This document shows positions 42,715 to 57,975 of a stretch of 64,000 bases of DNA, one piece after another (position 1 is the first letter of the stretch; each line of letters starts with the position of its first letter). Origin of the DNA: Octopus sinensis (taxonomy: Eukaryota). Location: positions 29,264,001 through 29,328,000 of the forward strand of contig NC_043004.1 in NCBI RefSeq assembly GCF_006345805.1, in the 5' to 3' direction. The notes below the pieces were generated by a model that saw only the letters and a program-made list of their open reading frames with translations, had not been told where the DNA came from and did not search any database. A program made the position numbers and the translations under genes.

Positions 42715-43470
42715 CTCCACCACCAACATCACCAAAGTCACCGCCTTCACCATTATTATCATCACCATCATCACCTTTATCACAATCACCATCACCATTA
42801 CTTCTACCACCATCACCATCATCACCAACGCGAACACCATCCCCATTGTTACTGTACCATCAACATCATCGTCACCACCAGCACTACAGTAAAACCTATT
42901 AATAATACCATCGTCATCACTATCGCAACACCAACACCACCATCACCAATGCTACTATGACTATCATCAACATCACTATCTTCAGCGACATCACCACTGT
43001 CGACTCTAACACCACCCCACCAACAACATTACCAGTATCACCATCAACAACAACACCACCACTATCTCCACTGCCATCATACCCACCACCACCACCCCAA
43101 CCACTGCCAGTACCACTACCACCTCCATCCTTATTACCACCGCCATCCCTACTACCCCCAACATCCCCACCACCGCCATCCCTACAACCACCAACATCCC
43201 CTCCACCTACATCCCCTCCACCTACATCCCCTCCACCAACATCCCCTCCACCAGCATCCCCTCCACCTACATCCCCTCCACCTACATCCCCTCCACCTAC
43301 ATCCCCTCCACCTGCATCCCCTCTACTATCATCCCCACTAGCAACATCCCCACTACCACCACCACCATCATTGTCAAAACCCACCACCACTCTCAACACT
43401 GCCATCACCACTAAGACCCTCCCCGTCATCCCAGGCATCATCACCACCACCTCCACCACCACCACTACCG
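42715..43470. repeat. (CCA/CAT)-rich low-complexity tract with a 15-bp minisatellite (ccacctacatcccct, ~43185-43325)
   Basis: Direct reading; this explains the Pro-rich and Gly-rich ORFs. Confidence 0.85.
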
Positions 43471-44119
43471 ATTCCCTTCACCAGTGCTACCTTAAGCATC
43501 ATTGACGGCTCAGTTTTTTTTCTCCAAACATATTGATGCCGAGTCTTTTACAATTGTTCCCTCAATGAACGCATGTGAATGGAAAAGACATGCGCAACGC
43601 GTCAATGATTTGTGATTAGAATCACATTGAACACTAACAATATTGCTCTGGCTTCTCATTATAAACAAGAAACTTTGACCTTGTTTATCTTTATCTCTCT
43701 CTCTCTCCCTCTTCCTTCCCCCTCTCTCTCTCCTTCTCTCTCTCTCTCTCTCTCTCTTTCTTTTTACCGCTCTGATTAATTTCTCTTTTTTATTTTTTTC
43801 TAGTGTTTTCCTTCATATATTTAAAGTTGCCAAAATCAACCACAGTTACACAACACTTTTTAATGTTAAAGAAAACTGGCAAAGGAAATGCTTTTATTAG
43901 AAAGAGCGGAATAACTATGAAACCAGAATAAAATTTAAGCTGCGTGCAAACAAGAGCAATTTTACTCAATCCTTATTGAGTAAATCTATCTTACGTCACA
44001 GTTACGACATTGCGGCGCCATTTACATGTGTATGCATAGGCCACACTTGAAGACATCATATATACATGTATATATGTATGAGTAAATCCATCATATATAT
44101 ATATATATATGCATACATA

Positions 44120-44605
<486 letters not shown>

Positions 44606-45088
44606 CGTATATAAGTATATATACCAATTATATATACATATATATATATATACATATGCATACACACACATATATATATGTATGTATGTATAAATATATA
44701 TAAATGTATGCACATATGTACTTTATATACATTATATACGTGTGTATATATACACACATGCGTGTGAGTGTGTGTATATGTGTGTGTGGGTGTGTGTTTG
44801 TGTGTACTATATGATGGCTATCCATTCGTGACCGACGAAGACCACCACTGATCATTGAAAACATTGTGCAAAATTATACCTGACGCCTGTGGCCCCACTG
44901 GAGACTAATGAGCCCAGCTCTTCATAATGATACACGTCTGCAGATATTGCAGACCAAGCTTACGCCATTCACTACACTGGCCTCACGTTTTCCAGCAGCT
45001 CGCTTAAATTCTGCATGAAAAAAGTTGCGTGTTTTTCGAAAATACCCATTTCTTCCTAAACATGTTTCCTCCTTTGGTATATGGCATA

Positions 45089-45315
45089 TGGCGAGCTGGC
45101 AGACACGTTAGCGCGCCGGGCGAAATGCTTAGCGGTATTTCGTCTGTCGTTACGTTCTGAGTTCAAATTCCGCCGAGGTCAACTTTACCTTTCATCCTTT
45201 CGGGGTCGATAAATTAAGTACCAGTTTCGCTCTGGGGGCGATATAATCGACTCAATCCCTTCGTCTGTCCTTGTTTGTCCCCTCTATGTTTAGCCCCTTG
45301 TGGGCAGTAAAGAAA
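45089..45315 (+). mobile_element. Full-length tRNA-derived SINE, family A
   Basis: ggcgagctggcaga...ctgagttcaaattccgccgagg. atatggcatat occurs on both sides and may be a target-site duplication. Confidence 0.88.
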
Positions 45316-45605
45316 TATATATGGCATATAAGTGTGTGTGTGTGTGTGTAAAACTCAGCCGTAACTAGCAAGTGAGTGTGACTTGAAAGTTTATACTACG
45401 CTTTTGTACTAGTTCTTTTAGGTGCCAGTGCAGTCGAGAGCAGCCACAAACGTGCACTCGGCTCGACAACATCGGGGATAGGATAGCAAGCAGAGAGAGG
45501 AAAGAGACAGGCAGCTGCACCAGCAGTCAGCTGGTACTCACTTTTGGCTGACTGAAGGAACATGAAATCAAGTACCTTTCTTACTCAATGACACAAACAG
45601 AACAC

Positions 45606-45669
<64 letters not shown>

Positions 45670-45670
<1 letters not shown>

Positions 45671-46310
45671 TGAAAGAAAGAAAATAGAGAATAATGGATG
45701 TATAAATAATTTATTTGCATAATATAAAGATGTTGAAATTTATTTTATAAAAACAATACGAATAAATTATAAATTATAAAGCTCTTAAAGAAATGGCAGA
45801 TGCCAAAACCTACAGATATGTTTCGATCATGCCCCTAGTTGGTACGTAATGCTTATGTATCTAGCTAAATGCATAAACATTATATATAGGATCTTAACTT
45901 CTTAAACTTATTTGCAATTTGTGTGCATCCTTTCAAGAAATATGTTAACCTTTGTTCTATAAGCTCCTAAAGCCCTGACCAGATTCTGCCCCATACAGTT
46001 GAAACTGATACCAATTCTTAGCAAATGCTTAGAATTGCGTACCATCTCAGGGCATGAAGCGAAACGTATATGTAGGTTTTTGGTATCTGCCATTTCTTTT
46101 AGAGCTTTACAATTTATAATTTATTCGTATTGCTTTTACAAAATAAATTTCAACATCTTTATATTATGCAAATAAATTATTTATACATCCATTATTATTT
46201 ATTTCAATATTAATAATATGTACTATTATGATAATCGCTAACATATCGTCGAGACTTTCTCCTTATATGATAGTGATCACCCAGCGGAACTTTTGGATTA
46301 TTTAATCCCT
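45670..46310. mobile_element. Hairpin-plus-tail element in (TA)n
   Basis: Arms ~45690-45868 and ~46017-46196 are inverted copies, with an ~150-bp spacer and an ~110-bp tail. Partial HHR-like GAAAC gtatat GTA. Confidence 0.8.
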
Positions 46311-46325
46311 ATATATACATACATA

Positions 46326-46361
<36 letters not shown>

Positions 46362-46702
46362 TGTATGTATGTATGTATGTATGTATACATATATATGTAT
46401 GTATTTATAAACAAATGTATACACACATACATGCGACTTTTGAACATATCTGTATTAAAAATTTGCTTACACTACAACAATAACGTATGCTGCAGACAAT
46501 ACATGCATGTACATATATATATACTGTGTATGTGTATGTGTGTGTGTGTGTGCGTGTGTGTGTGGATGTGTATAACATTCATAGAAGTGAAAGAACGTGT
46601 GATAAAAGAACACATTCAATGTGGGCGTTTATGAATACAGCAAATATATGTACAATTATATGCGTGGGTGTTTCCACAAATACCCATTTAAGTAAGTGTG
46701 CA

Positions 46703-46734
<32 letters not shown>

Positions 46735-46779
46735 TGTGTGTATAAGTTTATATTATATATATATGTATACGTATGTATA

Positions 46780-46816
<37 letters not shown>

Positions 46817-46817
46817 C

Positions 46818-46867
<50 letters not shown>

Positions 46868-46887
46868 TATGTATGTATATATGTATG

Positions 46888-46982
<95 letters not shown>
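46888..46982. repeat. (GATA)n microsatellite
   Basis: Direct reading. Confidence 0.95.
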
Positions 46983-47921
46983 CTGTTACTCCACGAATAA
47001 TTTTCAGCAAATGAAAAGAAAAAAAGGAAACTGAATTCAAAGAAGAGTGGGGTGTAGTTTTAATATGGTACTCAAGATACGGAAGAATCATTTAAGTTTC
47101 GGGTAGAAGTATGCTCTACGTAGAGAGAATACAATTTTTAGTTGCATCAAAAAGTTATCGACCCAGTAAATGCAAAAATAATACACTTTCTGATTAGAAT
47201 AGGCTGGCATTTACACAAAAGTTAAGTAACCATTCTGTATCATAATGTATAATGACTTTGCGCGTGTCTGTATGCTTGCGTATGTTCCTCTTCGTTGTGA
47301 ATGTTCAGGTTAATATACAGACAAGCATATACGGATTGAAATAACGAATAAAATTCATTTGTCCCTACCACTATTATGAAATAACATTGACTGACCTTTA
47401 ATGGTCTGATATATGTGAAAATAGCAACAGATGATCGAAGGTACGAGATATTTTTCGAAAGATAATGAATTATTTATATTTACTTCAGACAATAAGTTAT
47501 CGAAATAGTGATGTCCATGCAGTTTCCTAATTCTTTAATAGAAAAAAGTTAACGTTTTTTTTTTTTTTTGAGTCATGATACCTCAATTAAACAACTATGT
47601 ACAGCGTATGTAAACACGTGTGTGTGAGAGAAAAAGAAAGAGAGAGAGGGTGTGTGTGAGTGGGTGGGTGATCTAGTAGTTACACTCACGATCGCGAGAT
47701 CGTGGTCTCGATTCTTGAACCCGGCGATGTGTTGTCTTCTTCAACAAAATATTTCATTTCACATTGCTCCACCATCACTTAAACATCTAACGTGTGGTCC
47801 ATTGTGCACCTGTACAGGCAAAGTCCTATTTATTGTGTAACAGATTGATTTAGCTCCTCATGTTAGAAAAAGTTTTGTGGGCGTAAAAATATGTACATAT
47901 GTATGTATGTATGTATGTATG

Positions 47922-47955
<34 letters not shown>

Positions 47956-48436
47956 TGTATGTATGTATGTATGTATGTACGTACGTACGTACGTATGTAC
48001 GTACGTACGTATGTACGTACGTACGTATGTATGTATGTATGTATGTATGTTTGTATGTATGTATGTATGTATGTATGTATGTATGTATGTATGTATGTAT
48101 GCATGCTCACCGACATACATATGATATAATCGAGTGTCATGTCATCAGCATGCAACATGAGTTTCGCTTATTATTCGTGCGTAAGTGATCATGCTGCGAA
48201 CAGACAGACGCTTTTGCAACCGCTTCCACCCTTGACTAAACGAAGCATCTTCCAAGATACGACCGCCGGAAGAGAAAGAGATAATTACTCTTCATTACTT
48301 GATTAGTTCTTTATTTTACCGGCACTGGATAGAGAAAAGACAAAGTTAATTCCAACAGGATTCGATCTCAGCACCTAAAGAACTGAAACAAATAAAGCAA
48401 GGCTGGCGCCCAATGGATTCTACCTATTCACCATAC

Positions 48437-48471
<35 letters not shown>

Positions 48472-49051
48472 TGTATGTATGTATGTATGAATGTATGTTT
48501 GTGTGCCTATATTTTTTCTTAGTAATTTTTCCTAGAAAAAGGGAGCTGGTTTCTAGCAAATAAACAATATCTCCATAATAACAATTTCGATAACAGCAAC
48601 GATAATTCTTACATATCAAGCTTTCAGAAAATCTTGCGTATGTTAACTGTTCCACAAACTTACTATATTTGTCAGGTCTTGTTCTTAACTAGGAAATTCT
48701 TCCTTGTTCTTAACTAGGAAACTTCTCCATACTGTGGCTTAGACGTAGCCAAATTACCAAATTGCACCCATAATTATTGGTATAGAGGTGATTTTATAAT
48801 GAGAGAAGAGAGGCTGCAACTTTCGACGTAGTTGTCCTTACATATTCTCCTTTTCACTGATTTTAGGAGAGAAATGTGCAAGACATCTAATCTCTATGAT
48901 TGTACATAATTTTTTCCAATCCCAAATAACTGTCAGGTTTATTATCCTTGCATAGTCTACGTATGTATGTATGCATCCATGTATTGTATGTATGTATGTA
49001 TGTATGTATGTATGTATGTATGTATGTATGTATGTATGTACTATGTATGTA

Positions 49052-49136
<85 letters not shown>

Positions 49137-50258
49137 CTCTTCTATTTTTAATTATCTAAATTCTTCCTCTGTGGAAAGAGATGTTTTCTAATAAAGATAC
49201 AAAGCATCATCGTTGAAATGTAGATAATAAAAATAATGTCACTTTTTAAACTGGAGAAAAGTCTTACAAATTTTTACCGTTCCACTAACAGAACTTATTT
49301 GTAATGTTTGAATTAGTTCGTCGAGTTCGTTTTCTGAAAACCCCCAGCTTATCCAAATTGTCACTTAGGCATTTACTCACAAAGCTAATGCACCAGTTAT
49401 CGTTGGTATAAATATGGATTTGTAATCTGGATATAGAAACTGGAGGTTCCTAAGCAGTTGTTCATAGTTATCCTCTTTCTCTTTGATTTTTAATGAGATA
49501 CATCAGCAAGACAACTGACCTCCATGACATTACATACGTATGCATGTATACGTGAAATGTGCACAAGACATGGATGTCCTCTTGCATTTTCTTGTGAGTG
49601 AACAGCTAATATACCTAATCAGTTGCTCAATATCTTCCCAATTTCTTCACCATTTTTGCAGTGGCAGACATTCTTTGGACTCACAAGGCAGATAGCCAAA
49701 ACAAACATCGCAATGCATTCTAGCAGACACTTTAACAACTCTGGCCAATATTCGACGCCATTTATATCATTATGTGTATTATGTGTAAGTTTGTGTGTTT
49801 ATGTGTGTGCATGTGTGTGTGTTTGTGATTGTAATGAGAGTGTATTTGTGTGTATCCATGCATGCGTGTGTATCTATCAATCTGTGTTTGTATGTATATA
49901 CATATACATATGCTGCTATTTTTCCGGGTAAAAGACGCTCGTCTAGATTTTACAGAATTTAATATTTCAATTGTACCCGTTACACTACAACCGCTCTAAG
50001 AAACAATGAAGAATGGGGTTTTCGTGCTACTGACCATGTCAGAAACCACTTCTTAATTATCGCCATATTGAAAAAAAAAAAAGGAATAAACAGGACATCG
50101 ATAATGTTTCAGTCTATAGCAATTATGGCGATTTAACTTTCAGGTTTAATTATTCACGTTACACTACCTATATAATCTGGTTAACACGTCCCAATTACAA
50201 TGTCTTGATTTATATTTCCAAAGTAAAACTAAACAAAATCATACACACACACTCACAC

Positions 50259-50293
<35 letters not shown>

Positions 50294-50301
50294 GTGTGTG
50301 T

Positions 50302-50350
<49 letters not shown>

Positions 50351-50356
50351 TGTGTG

Positions 50357-50624
50357 GAGGCGCAATGGTCGAAGGATCGCAGTTTCGATTCCCAGACCAG
50401 GTGTTGTGAGTGTTTATTGAGCGAAAACACCTAAAAAGCTCCACGAAGTTCCGGCAGGGGGTGGTGATCCCTGCTGTACTCTTTCACCACTCTTTCTCTC
50501 ACTCTTTCTTCTGTTGGCCTGCTCGCTTAGCCAGCGGGGTGGCGTCATTCGAAGGCTAAAACAATGCGAACGCATTGTGACCAGCGATGTGTAGCAACAT
50601 CTGATGGTCTGTCGGTCACGTGAT

Positions 50625-50630
<6 letters not shown>
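50357..50630 (+). mobile_element. SINE related to family C
   Basis: gtttcgattcccagacc...gagtgtttattgagcgaaaacacctaa...ctgctgtactctttcaccac is the reverse complement of 4355-4480. Confidence 0.7.
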
Positions 50631-50660
<30 letters not shown>

Positions 50661-50662
<2 letters not shown>

Positions 50663-51090
50663 CTCGTGGTCTGATAACAAAGGACAGGCTGAAGGAAATT
50701 AGTTAATGATCATTGACAGCAATGGGAATCCAATGTTATAATTTTCACTAACATTATTTACCTCTCTAATGATTATTTACCTCTCTAAGTGTAGACCTGT
50801 GAGTTAGAGAGAAGGGATTGGAGAGGACACTTACTCCTGGGGTTTCAGGAAAATCTCTGACAGTGGGTTCCTACAGACCTTCCTGTATTAGGAGGGCCAC
50901 GTCTCTATCATCCTTCTCGCCATTTTTTAAAAAACTTTGTATACTATGCATATGTCCCTTTCTTTTTCAATGTATACCGTGTATACTTACTGTTTTTATC
51001 ATTTCATTATTATATGTGAACCCCCACACTTTATGTCTAACTCTATATTATCCCCTCATCCTTCGCCCTGTGGCAAATAAATGAAATCAT
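50661..51090 (+). mobile_element. Probable LINE 3' end
   Basis: Unique sequence ending in gcaaataaatgaaat followed directly by an (ATC)n/(ATT)n tail. Confidence 0.4.
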
Positions 51091-51137
51091 TATCATCATC
51101 ATCATCATCATCATTATTATTATTATTATAATTATTA

Positions 51138-51194
<57 letters not shown>

Positions 51195-51624
51195 GAGTGA
51201 GAGAGCAGTGCATGCCATCAAAGTGACACTGGGGTAAAATATACGAAGCCCAGTATACCCATCATGACAACCCGTCTGATAAGGGTACACTAGGCACATG
51301 CATCACAACCATATGTGTGCGACATGGTGATCTCATATCAAAATAAACAGCACATGACCTTGCAGGTGGGGCCCAGTTAGAATTTTCTTCTGGTCGAGTA
51401 GCCCATCCCACTCAAAAGGTCCCTGAATAAGGGTTGTTTAAGGATGTTGAACAAAACACCCATGTTTCCAGAAGTGAATTATTCAAACCCTAAAGTATCC
51501 CTCTCAACACATGGCTATGATGCTCCCCCACTACTTTTGCTCATGATCAGAGATGCACATATTGTCAGCCACTAAGGGACATGCTCAACTGGTTATGGTC
51601 AAACAACTGACAAGCAAATCTGTG

Positions 51625-51626
<2 letters not shown>
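51195..51626. mobile_element. ~430-bp element inserted in an (ATT)n microsatellite
   Basis: GC-richer unique block with sharp borders and (ATT)n on both flanks. Confidence 0.6.
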
Positions 51627-51672
<46 letters not shown>

Positions 51673-53505
51673 TGACAATCGATACTATAAAAAAAAACCT
51701 CACGTGCCAGCAACAACTTACATTGTACCGAAACACCAATTCCTAATCGCTCCACAACCCGCACAACACATTCTTAGGCGATTGAGCCTACTAATACAAA
51801 GCATAAATACTACCAATCTCTACAGCATGTAACACACTTGGCATAGTACACACTCTACACACCCACCACTTGCAACTACAATACTATAAGACACCTCACA
51901 TAACACACGCTTACGCAGTCACCAAACAACTCAACACCTTATACGCTAACATATTCCACACAGTAACTCCAATTCACGCGATATTTTACACAAATATTCC
52001 CCAAATAGCATAACCACACTGCATGTACTATAGACAATTACTACCTGACTCTATAACACACAGCGCCAGTCATACAATGCGTACTCTACACAAACACTGA
52101 CCAAGCAATACATACACTAAACAGCCAGTGTCCGGTTCTATAAGGCCAGCTACACATGCATTCTACATAGTTACTACTCGACTCTTTTAATGAATGACAT
52201 CAACCACACAATGCATACTCTACACACCCACAACCCGATGTTGGTGATGGTGTTGATGACAATGATGATGACGGCGGCGACAACGACGACGATGACAACG
52301 AAGATGACAATCACATCCTATGTGTCCTATTGTTTGGATTTGAGGGAAATTCAGCTACTATTTCTAGAAGGTCGATCAAATACACTGCTCAAACGCGCTT
52401 TCGTCGGTCAAAACTAACCATACATCTTCACATTTATGTCCAAGCCTGAAAAGATCCTTTGGGGAAGTCTGGACGATGCCCATGCATGCAAGTCTGCCTC
52501 TCTCCACATCACTGGTGTTTATCCAATGGTGAGGCTTTTGCCACTGGGCCGATGCAGCTTGCCACCAGTGGTGTGGCAAGCAGCACTGTCAGAACAAAGA
52601 ATATTGGAACAAGATATTGCCCGACCCTCTAAGAATTCTACCGATTCATTGATTTGGATTTGGATTCTTTTTAACGACCCTGGAAGTTTGAAAAGCCAAG
52701 TTTAAACTCTAGGTACTGAAAGTCGGAAAAAGTATCGCAAAGCACTCTATCCGATGCTCTACCAATTCGATACTATTTCAGCAGGCTGCTAGACTTGCTA
52801 ATTTAATGTTGTTGTTATTTCTAAGCGTTGAGCATGCAGAATTGGTAGAGCGTCAGAAAAATGTTTGGTGTTATTTGTTCTCACACTTGAGATCAACTTA
52901 TCCTCTCGTCCTTTCGGGGTCGATAAAATGATCAGAAAATTATCAGGTAAGTGATGGTATCGATTACCACTCACTTCCATCAAAATTGTCTGTGCTGTAC
53001 CTAAATCAGAAAATCCTTATACTTGTCAGTCATCTGGGTTTCCAGAAAAAAAGTACTAGTCAGGTCCTGGAGTCGGTTATTCTCATAGAAGTTGTGATTA
53101 CTTTTAAAAACGTTAAAATTGTAGTGAGTTATGGTGGTTTCCCCAATAGAAGCTCAATGTTATAACTCGAGTTAAAGCGACAGAATTTTAAATGTTTTGT
53201 GTCTTGATAGAGTGAGAGTTTTGGGGTCTTGATGGAGTGAGAGAGTGGAGTTTTGGTGGAATGAGAGGGTGGGGGTAGGGCAAAGAGTGGGGCAATGTGC
53301 TGACTGTGGGATGTGAGGAGTATGGTGAGGTGAGGAATGTGGGCTTGTAGGAACTGTGGAAACTGTGGGGAGTATACAGAGTGGCAAATGTGGGGACCGT
53401 ACAGATATAAAGAGTATGTGGAGTGTAGTGTTTAGTGGTGGGAGTGTTAGATGTGTGTGGCGTGTAAATAATGTGGAAGAGTATGATTACCATAACTGTT
53501 CAACA

Positions 53506-54526
53506 TACAACGAGGGTGGGATGAAAAGTTGACAAGCTGACTATGAAGGGTTCATGCCAGCGCTGTTAAATCTTGCAGGCTTTAATTTCAGTTCCTCTTA
53601 TTAATAACTGCATTGTTTCTGTGCAGGAAAACTTTTACTACACTCGGCACAAGGCCCGAAATTTTGGGGGAGGGGGCCATTCGATTAGGTCGACCCCAGT
53701 ACGCAACTGGTACTTAATTTATCGATCCCGAAAGAATGAAAGGCAAAGTCGATCTCGGCGGTATTTGAACTCAGAACGTAAAGACAGATGAAATACCTAT
53801 TTCTATTTCTTTACCACCCACAAGGGGATAAACACAGAGAGGACAAACAAGGACAAACAAACGGATTAAGTCGATTATATCGAACCCAGTGCGTAACTGG
53901 TACTTATTTAATTGACCCCGAAAATATGAAAGGCAAAGTCGACCTCGGCGGAATTTGAACTCAGAACGTAGCGGCAGACAAAATACCGCTAAGCATTTGG
54001 CCCAGCGTGCTAACATTTCTGCCAGCTCGCCGGCTTTCTGTCCAGTTAAACTGACATTAGACTGTTCTAAGAAAACTTCAAATGTAACTAGTCGCGACTT
54101 CTCTTGAAAATGGACAAAATTTGGCATCGTCGTGTTATCAAGTATCTGTAGTAAAAGAGTTTAGCCCCCAAGGACGTTCATGCTGACGTGGTAGCTACAT
54201 TAGGGGATGACGTTCTAGCTTTATCAGCACTGCAAAAATTTGGTAGCTGAATTTAGGAGTGGAAGGAATGGTCTTCAAGATGACCCATGGTCTGGACGCC
54301 CTGCAACTGCCACCACTGAGGAAAACATTGAATGTATTCACCACATAGTGACGGATGACAGGCGATTGGCTATAAAGCTTCTTTACCAATGGGACCCAAA
54401 CACTGCAACTCCGATGGAAGGAGTGTGTGGACCGCAAGAGGGACTATTTTGAAATTAAAACATCATTTGGTCATCTTCCATGAGAGTATCTTGGTTAGCC
54501 TCTGACCGTTTCAGCAAACCTTCGTA
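53506..54526 (+). mobile_element. Internally deleted mariner element with nested family A SINE (53640-54033, minus)
   Basis: MDKIWHRRVIKYL at ~54109; ORF 54240..54452 AEFRSGRNGLQDDPWSGRPATATTEENI; then jumps to a C-terminal LRWKECVD-like segment. Degenerate TIRs at both ends. Confidence 0.85.
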
Positions 54527-54569
54527 ATAATAACCTAACCTAACCTATCTACACCACTCGTTTCAACAG

Positions 54570-55850
54570 CGCACTGATTTTGATTTTAGAACCCACATTT
54601 CTGCTCTGTCCTAATCGTAGAACTATAATAATGACATTAGAAATAACCACTTGCTCCACCCCACCCTAAATAGTGAGTATGAAGTCAAGACAAACCACAG
54701 GCTCCTTCCAGTAGAACTCATAAAGACATCAGGACAGACTGCGTGTCGTATTCAACCCCAAAGAACAATAATAGCAGTTTGTGATTTAGGCACAAAACCA
54801 ATAGTTTTGAGAACGAGTTAGTCGCCAGTATTAAACTGGTATTTTATTTGATCGATCCTGACGGATGAAAGGTAGCTTTTAGACTAACCAGTCTATAGAA
54901 CAGTGACAATGACAGAAATACTAAGCATCTAACCTTACCCCTGCTTAACAAAACATTTATAACATCACGACTTACTACCAGCTCCGCCCTATTTATAAAA
55001 CAATAGTAACGACATCAGGAATAACCACTTTCTCTGTCCTACCTAAAAGAACTATAGTAATGATTATGGTGTGACATGAGAACAATTATGGTGTGGACAG
55101 GCCATATGCTTTGTTCTGATCTCATTATAACCATCCATCCTGTCCAACAATGCTAAATCAACAGTGATAATGACATCGGGGCTAATCATATACCCTTCTC
55201 AGCATCAAAGAACCCATTATCAGAAATAACCAGCAGCCCAGCCCAAATGAATGGTGATAAGCGTAATTCCTGCCAGTAGAACAGTGTTAATGTGATCAGA
55301 AGTAAGCAACTACCCTGCAGTTACAAAGAAAAGAACAAAGATAACGTCAACAAAACTAATCACTGACTCCTGCTTTATAAATAATTGGCAACAGCATCAC
55401 AATTAAACAGCTGCTCTATTCAGGATAACAGTGACATCAGCGGTAAACTTCAATTTTGTCTTCTCCCACAGAACAAGTGGTAATAGCATAAGAAGTAAGC
55501 TCGTGATCTGCCCTGCAGACATACCGGTGATAGCATCAAGACTAATAAGACGAACAGTAGTAATGACAGAAATACTAGCCAGCTACACCTACCCCTGCTG
55601 AACAGAACATTTATAACATCACGACTAACGACCACCTCTGCCCAATTTTATAGAATAATAGTAACGACATCAGAAATAACTACTTTCTCTGTCCTACCTG
55701 TAGTAATGACATCAGGAATCATCAAAAAAAGTCAGGAATACGAGCCAGCTACCTCTCACTGCATAGCAGAACAGCTTATTATCATGAGAATTTACCAGCC
55801 GACTAATTGAACAGTGCTAATGACACCACGGTTAACTAGCTTCTTTTCTC
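54570..55850. repeat. Degenerate ~45-50-bp tandem array with higher-order duplication
   Basis: Recurrent gaacagt(a/g)atgacatcagaaataacc. 54900-55040 closely matches 55552-55700. Confidence 0.65.
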
Positions 55851-56335
55851 CCACACAAGCACACTTTCAGTTCTTTACGCAACAATGATGCACGTAGAAA
55901 GGATAATAAAAAAGAATGCTTTTCCTCAATTCAATTTGGTCTCCCTGCGCTCTAAGTTCAAATCCCACCAGGGTCGAATATAAAGGTTGATAAAATAAAT
56001 ACCCGTCACGTGGTGGACTTGCGGTAATTCGCTGTGTTTTCACCGTAACCTCTACAAACCCCACTCAACTAAAATGTATGTCCTTGTGCCTGTATCAAAA
56101 ATCAATAATTGCAAGAGAAGACGTGCAATACCATTATTAATTAGTTTTCTTCCCTGTTGCTAAATATTCAACGTGGAAAGTATAATTAGTCATGATATAT
56201 TAATTTGTTTCAAAATCGGGGCATGACATGCGCGAATCTGCACATGTGTGTAATGCGTGTATGTGTGTGAGTGTTGTTGGTGAGTGTATATGTACCGGTG
56301 TCAATATCTGTGCGAGCGTGTATTTCCAACCCCTC

Positions 56336-56421
<86 letters not shown>

Positions 56422-56779
56422 TGCATATATATGTTTGTGTATTTGTGTGTGCGCGTGTGTGTTTGTGAATATATATACATATACATATGTGCATATATAT
56501 ATACTGTTAATCATATGTGCGCGTGGGTGTATATGTATGTATGTATATAAACGAGTGTTGCATTCATGTTTGTGAGTATAGTTACATTGATATATCTCAA
56601 TACACGTACGTTTGTGATTCGTGTGTTGCTGTATGCGTGTTCGCGAGCCACAGTGTCGATGTGAATGAGGATGCGTAAATTGTGTGCGTATATATGTGTA
56701 CGAGAAGGTGTGTTTGCGTGTTTATGTCTGCCTTTGAGTAAGTGTTTGCATGTGTATAGGGCTTGCGTATGGTTCATTC

Positions 56780-56845
<66 letters not shown>

Positions 56846-57439
56846 CTACATTTACTTAAATGCATATTTCGAAGTCGATAGATAGATAGATAGATAGATC
56901 AAAAAGAAAACATTTCCGTGCGGTTGGTTTTAGAAAAGGTAATTCCAGGAAAAAATATAAGTGAAAAATTAGATTCCGTTCATAAATTGATACGGGTTTA
57001 TTGGATACTGGATGATTATTCTAAACATCCTGGACATGCTGTTTATAATTAGCATATGTAGGCAGTATAAGGACGCATATGAAATGTGAAATATATGTTA
57101 TATATGTATTATATAAATACATTGATATATATGTGTTTGTGTGTGCCTGTATGCAAGTCTGTGTTTGTGTGTGTGTGTGTACATATGCATATGTACAAAA
57201 TCATATACGCGCGCCCATATATGTAAACATATGTAAATGTAGATATATTTTGTGTATATGTGTGTATGTATGCGTAATTCGTGTGCGTGTGGGTGGGTGC
57301 GCGCGCGGGCGTGTATGTATGTAAGCGCGCGTATATATGCCTGTGCGTATATATAAATGTATGTATAGCGACAAATATATGAATGGGAACCAATGTCAAT
57401 ATTTTCTTCTAATGGACGGTGGTAGATTGATTGATCACT

Positions 57440-57471
57440 GGACAGATAGGCAGATAAACAGACTGACAGAG

Positions 57472-57554
<83 letters not shown>

Positions 57555-57643
57555 TAGACAGATAGACAGACAGACAAATAGAGAGAGAGTGATGCGTGGG
57601 CGGGTAAACTGAGAAATAGATAGATAGATAGATAGATAGATAT

Positions 57644-57704
<61 letters not shown>

Positions 57705-57709
57705 CAGAC

Positions 57710-57751
<42 letters not shown>

Positions 57752-57815
57752 AGTAGGTAAGTTGGAAGGTAGGTAGGTAGGTAGGTAGGTAGGTAGGTAT
57801 GTAGGTGCGTTGGCG

Positions 57816-57904
<89 letters not shown>

Positions 57905-57975
57905 AGTAGGTAAGTTGGAAGGTAGGTAGGTAGGTAGGTAGGTGCGTTGGCGGATAGATAGAGAGAGAGAGAGAA
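57440..57975. repeat. Compound (GACA)n/(GATA)n/(GGTA)n microsatellite with duplicated cassette
   Basis: (GATA)n-aagtaggtaagttggaa-(GGTA)n-ggtgcgttggcg occurs twice. Confidence 0.9.

Noticed and set aside
42920-43505. Pro-rich (+) and Gly-rich (-) ORFs of about 180 aa resembling extensin/formin
   Set aside because: Produced by a CCA-rich tract and a 15-bp minisatellite, open on both strands, with no domain or splice evidence.
45089-45180. tRNA gene
   Set aside because: A/B-box-like motifs are present but there is no cloverleaf; it is a multi-copy SINE head.
48679-48728. ttgttcttaactaggaaa(a/c)ttct repeated twice
   Set aside because: Simple ~25-bp local tandem duplication with no further structure.
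51265-51300. Hammerhead at CTGATAA
   Set aside because: No downstream stem II-GAAA-stem III arrangement.
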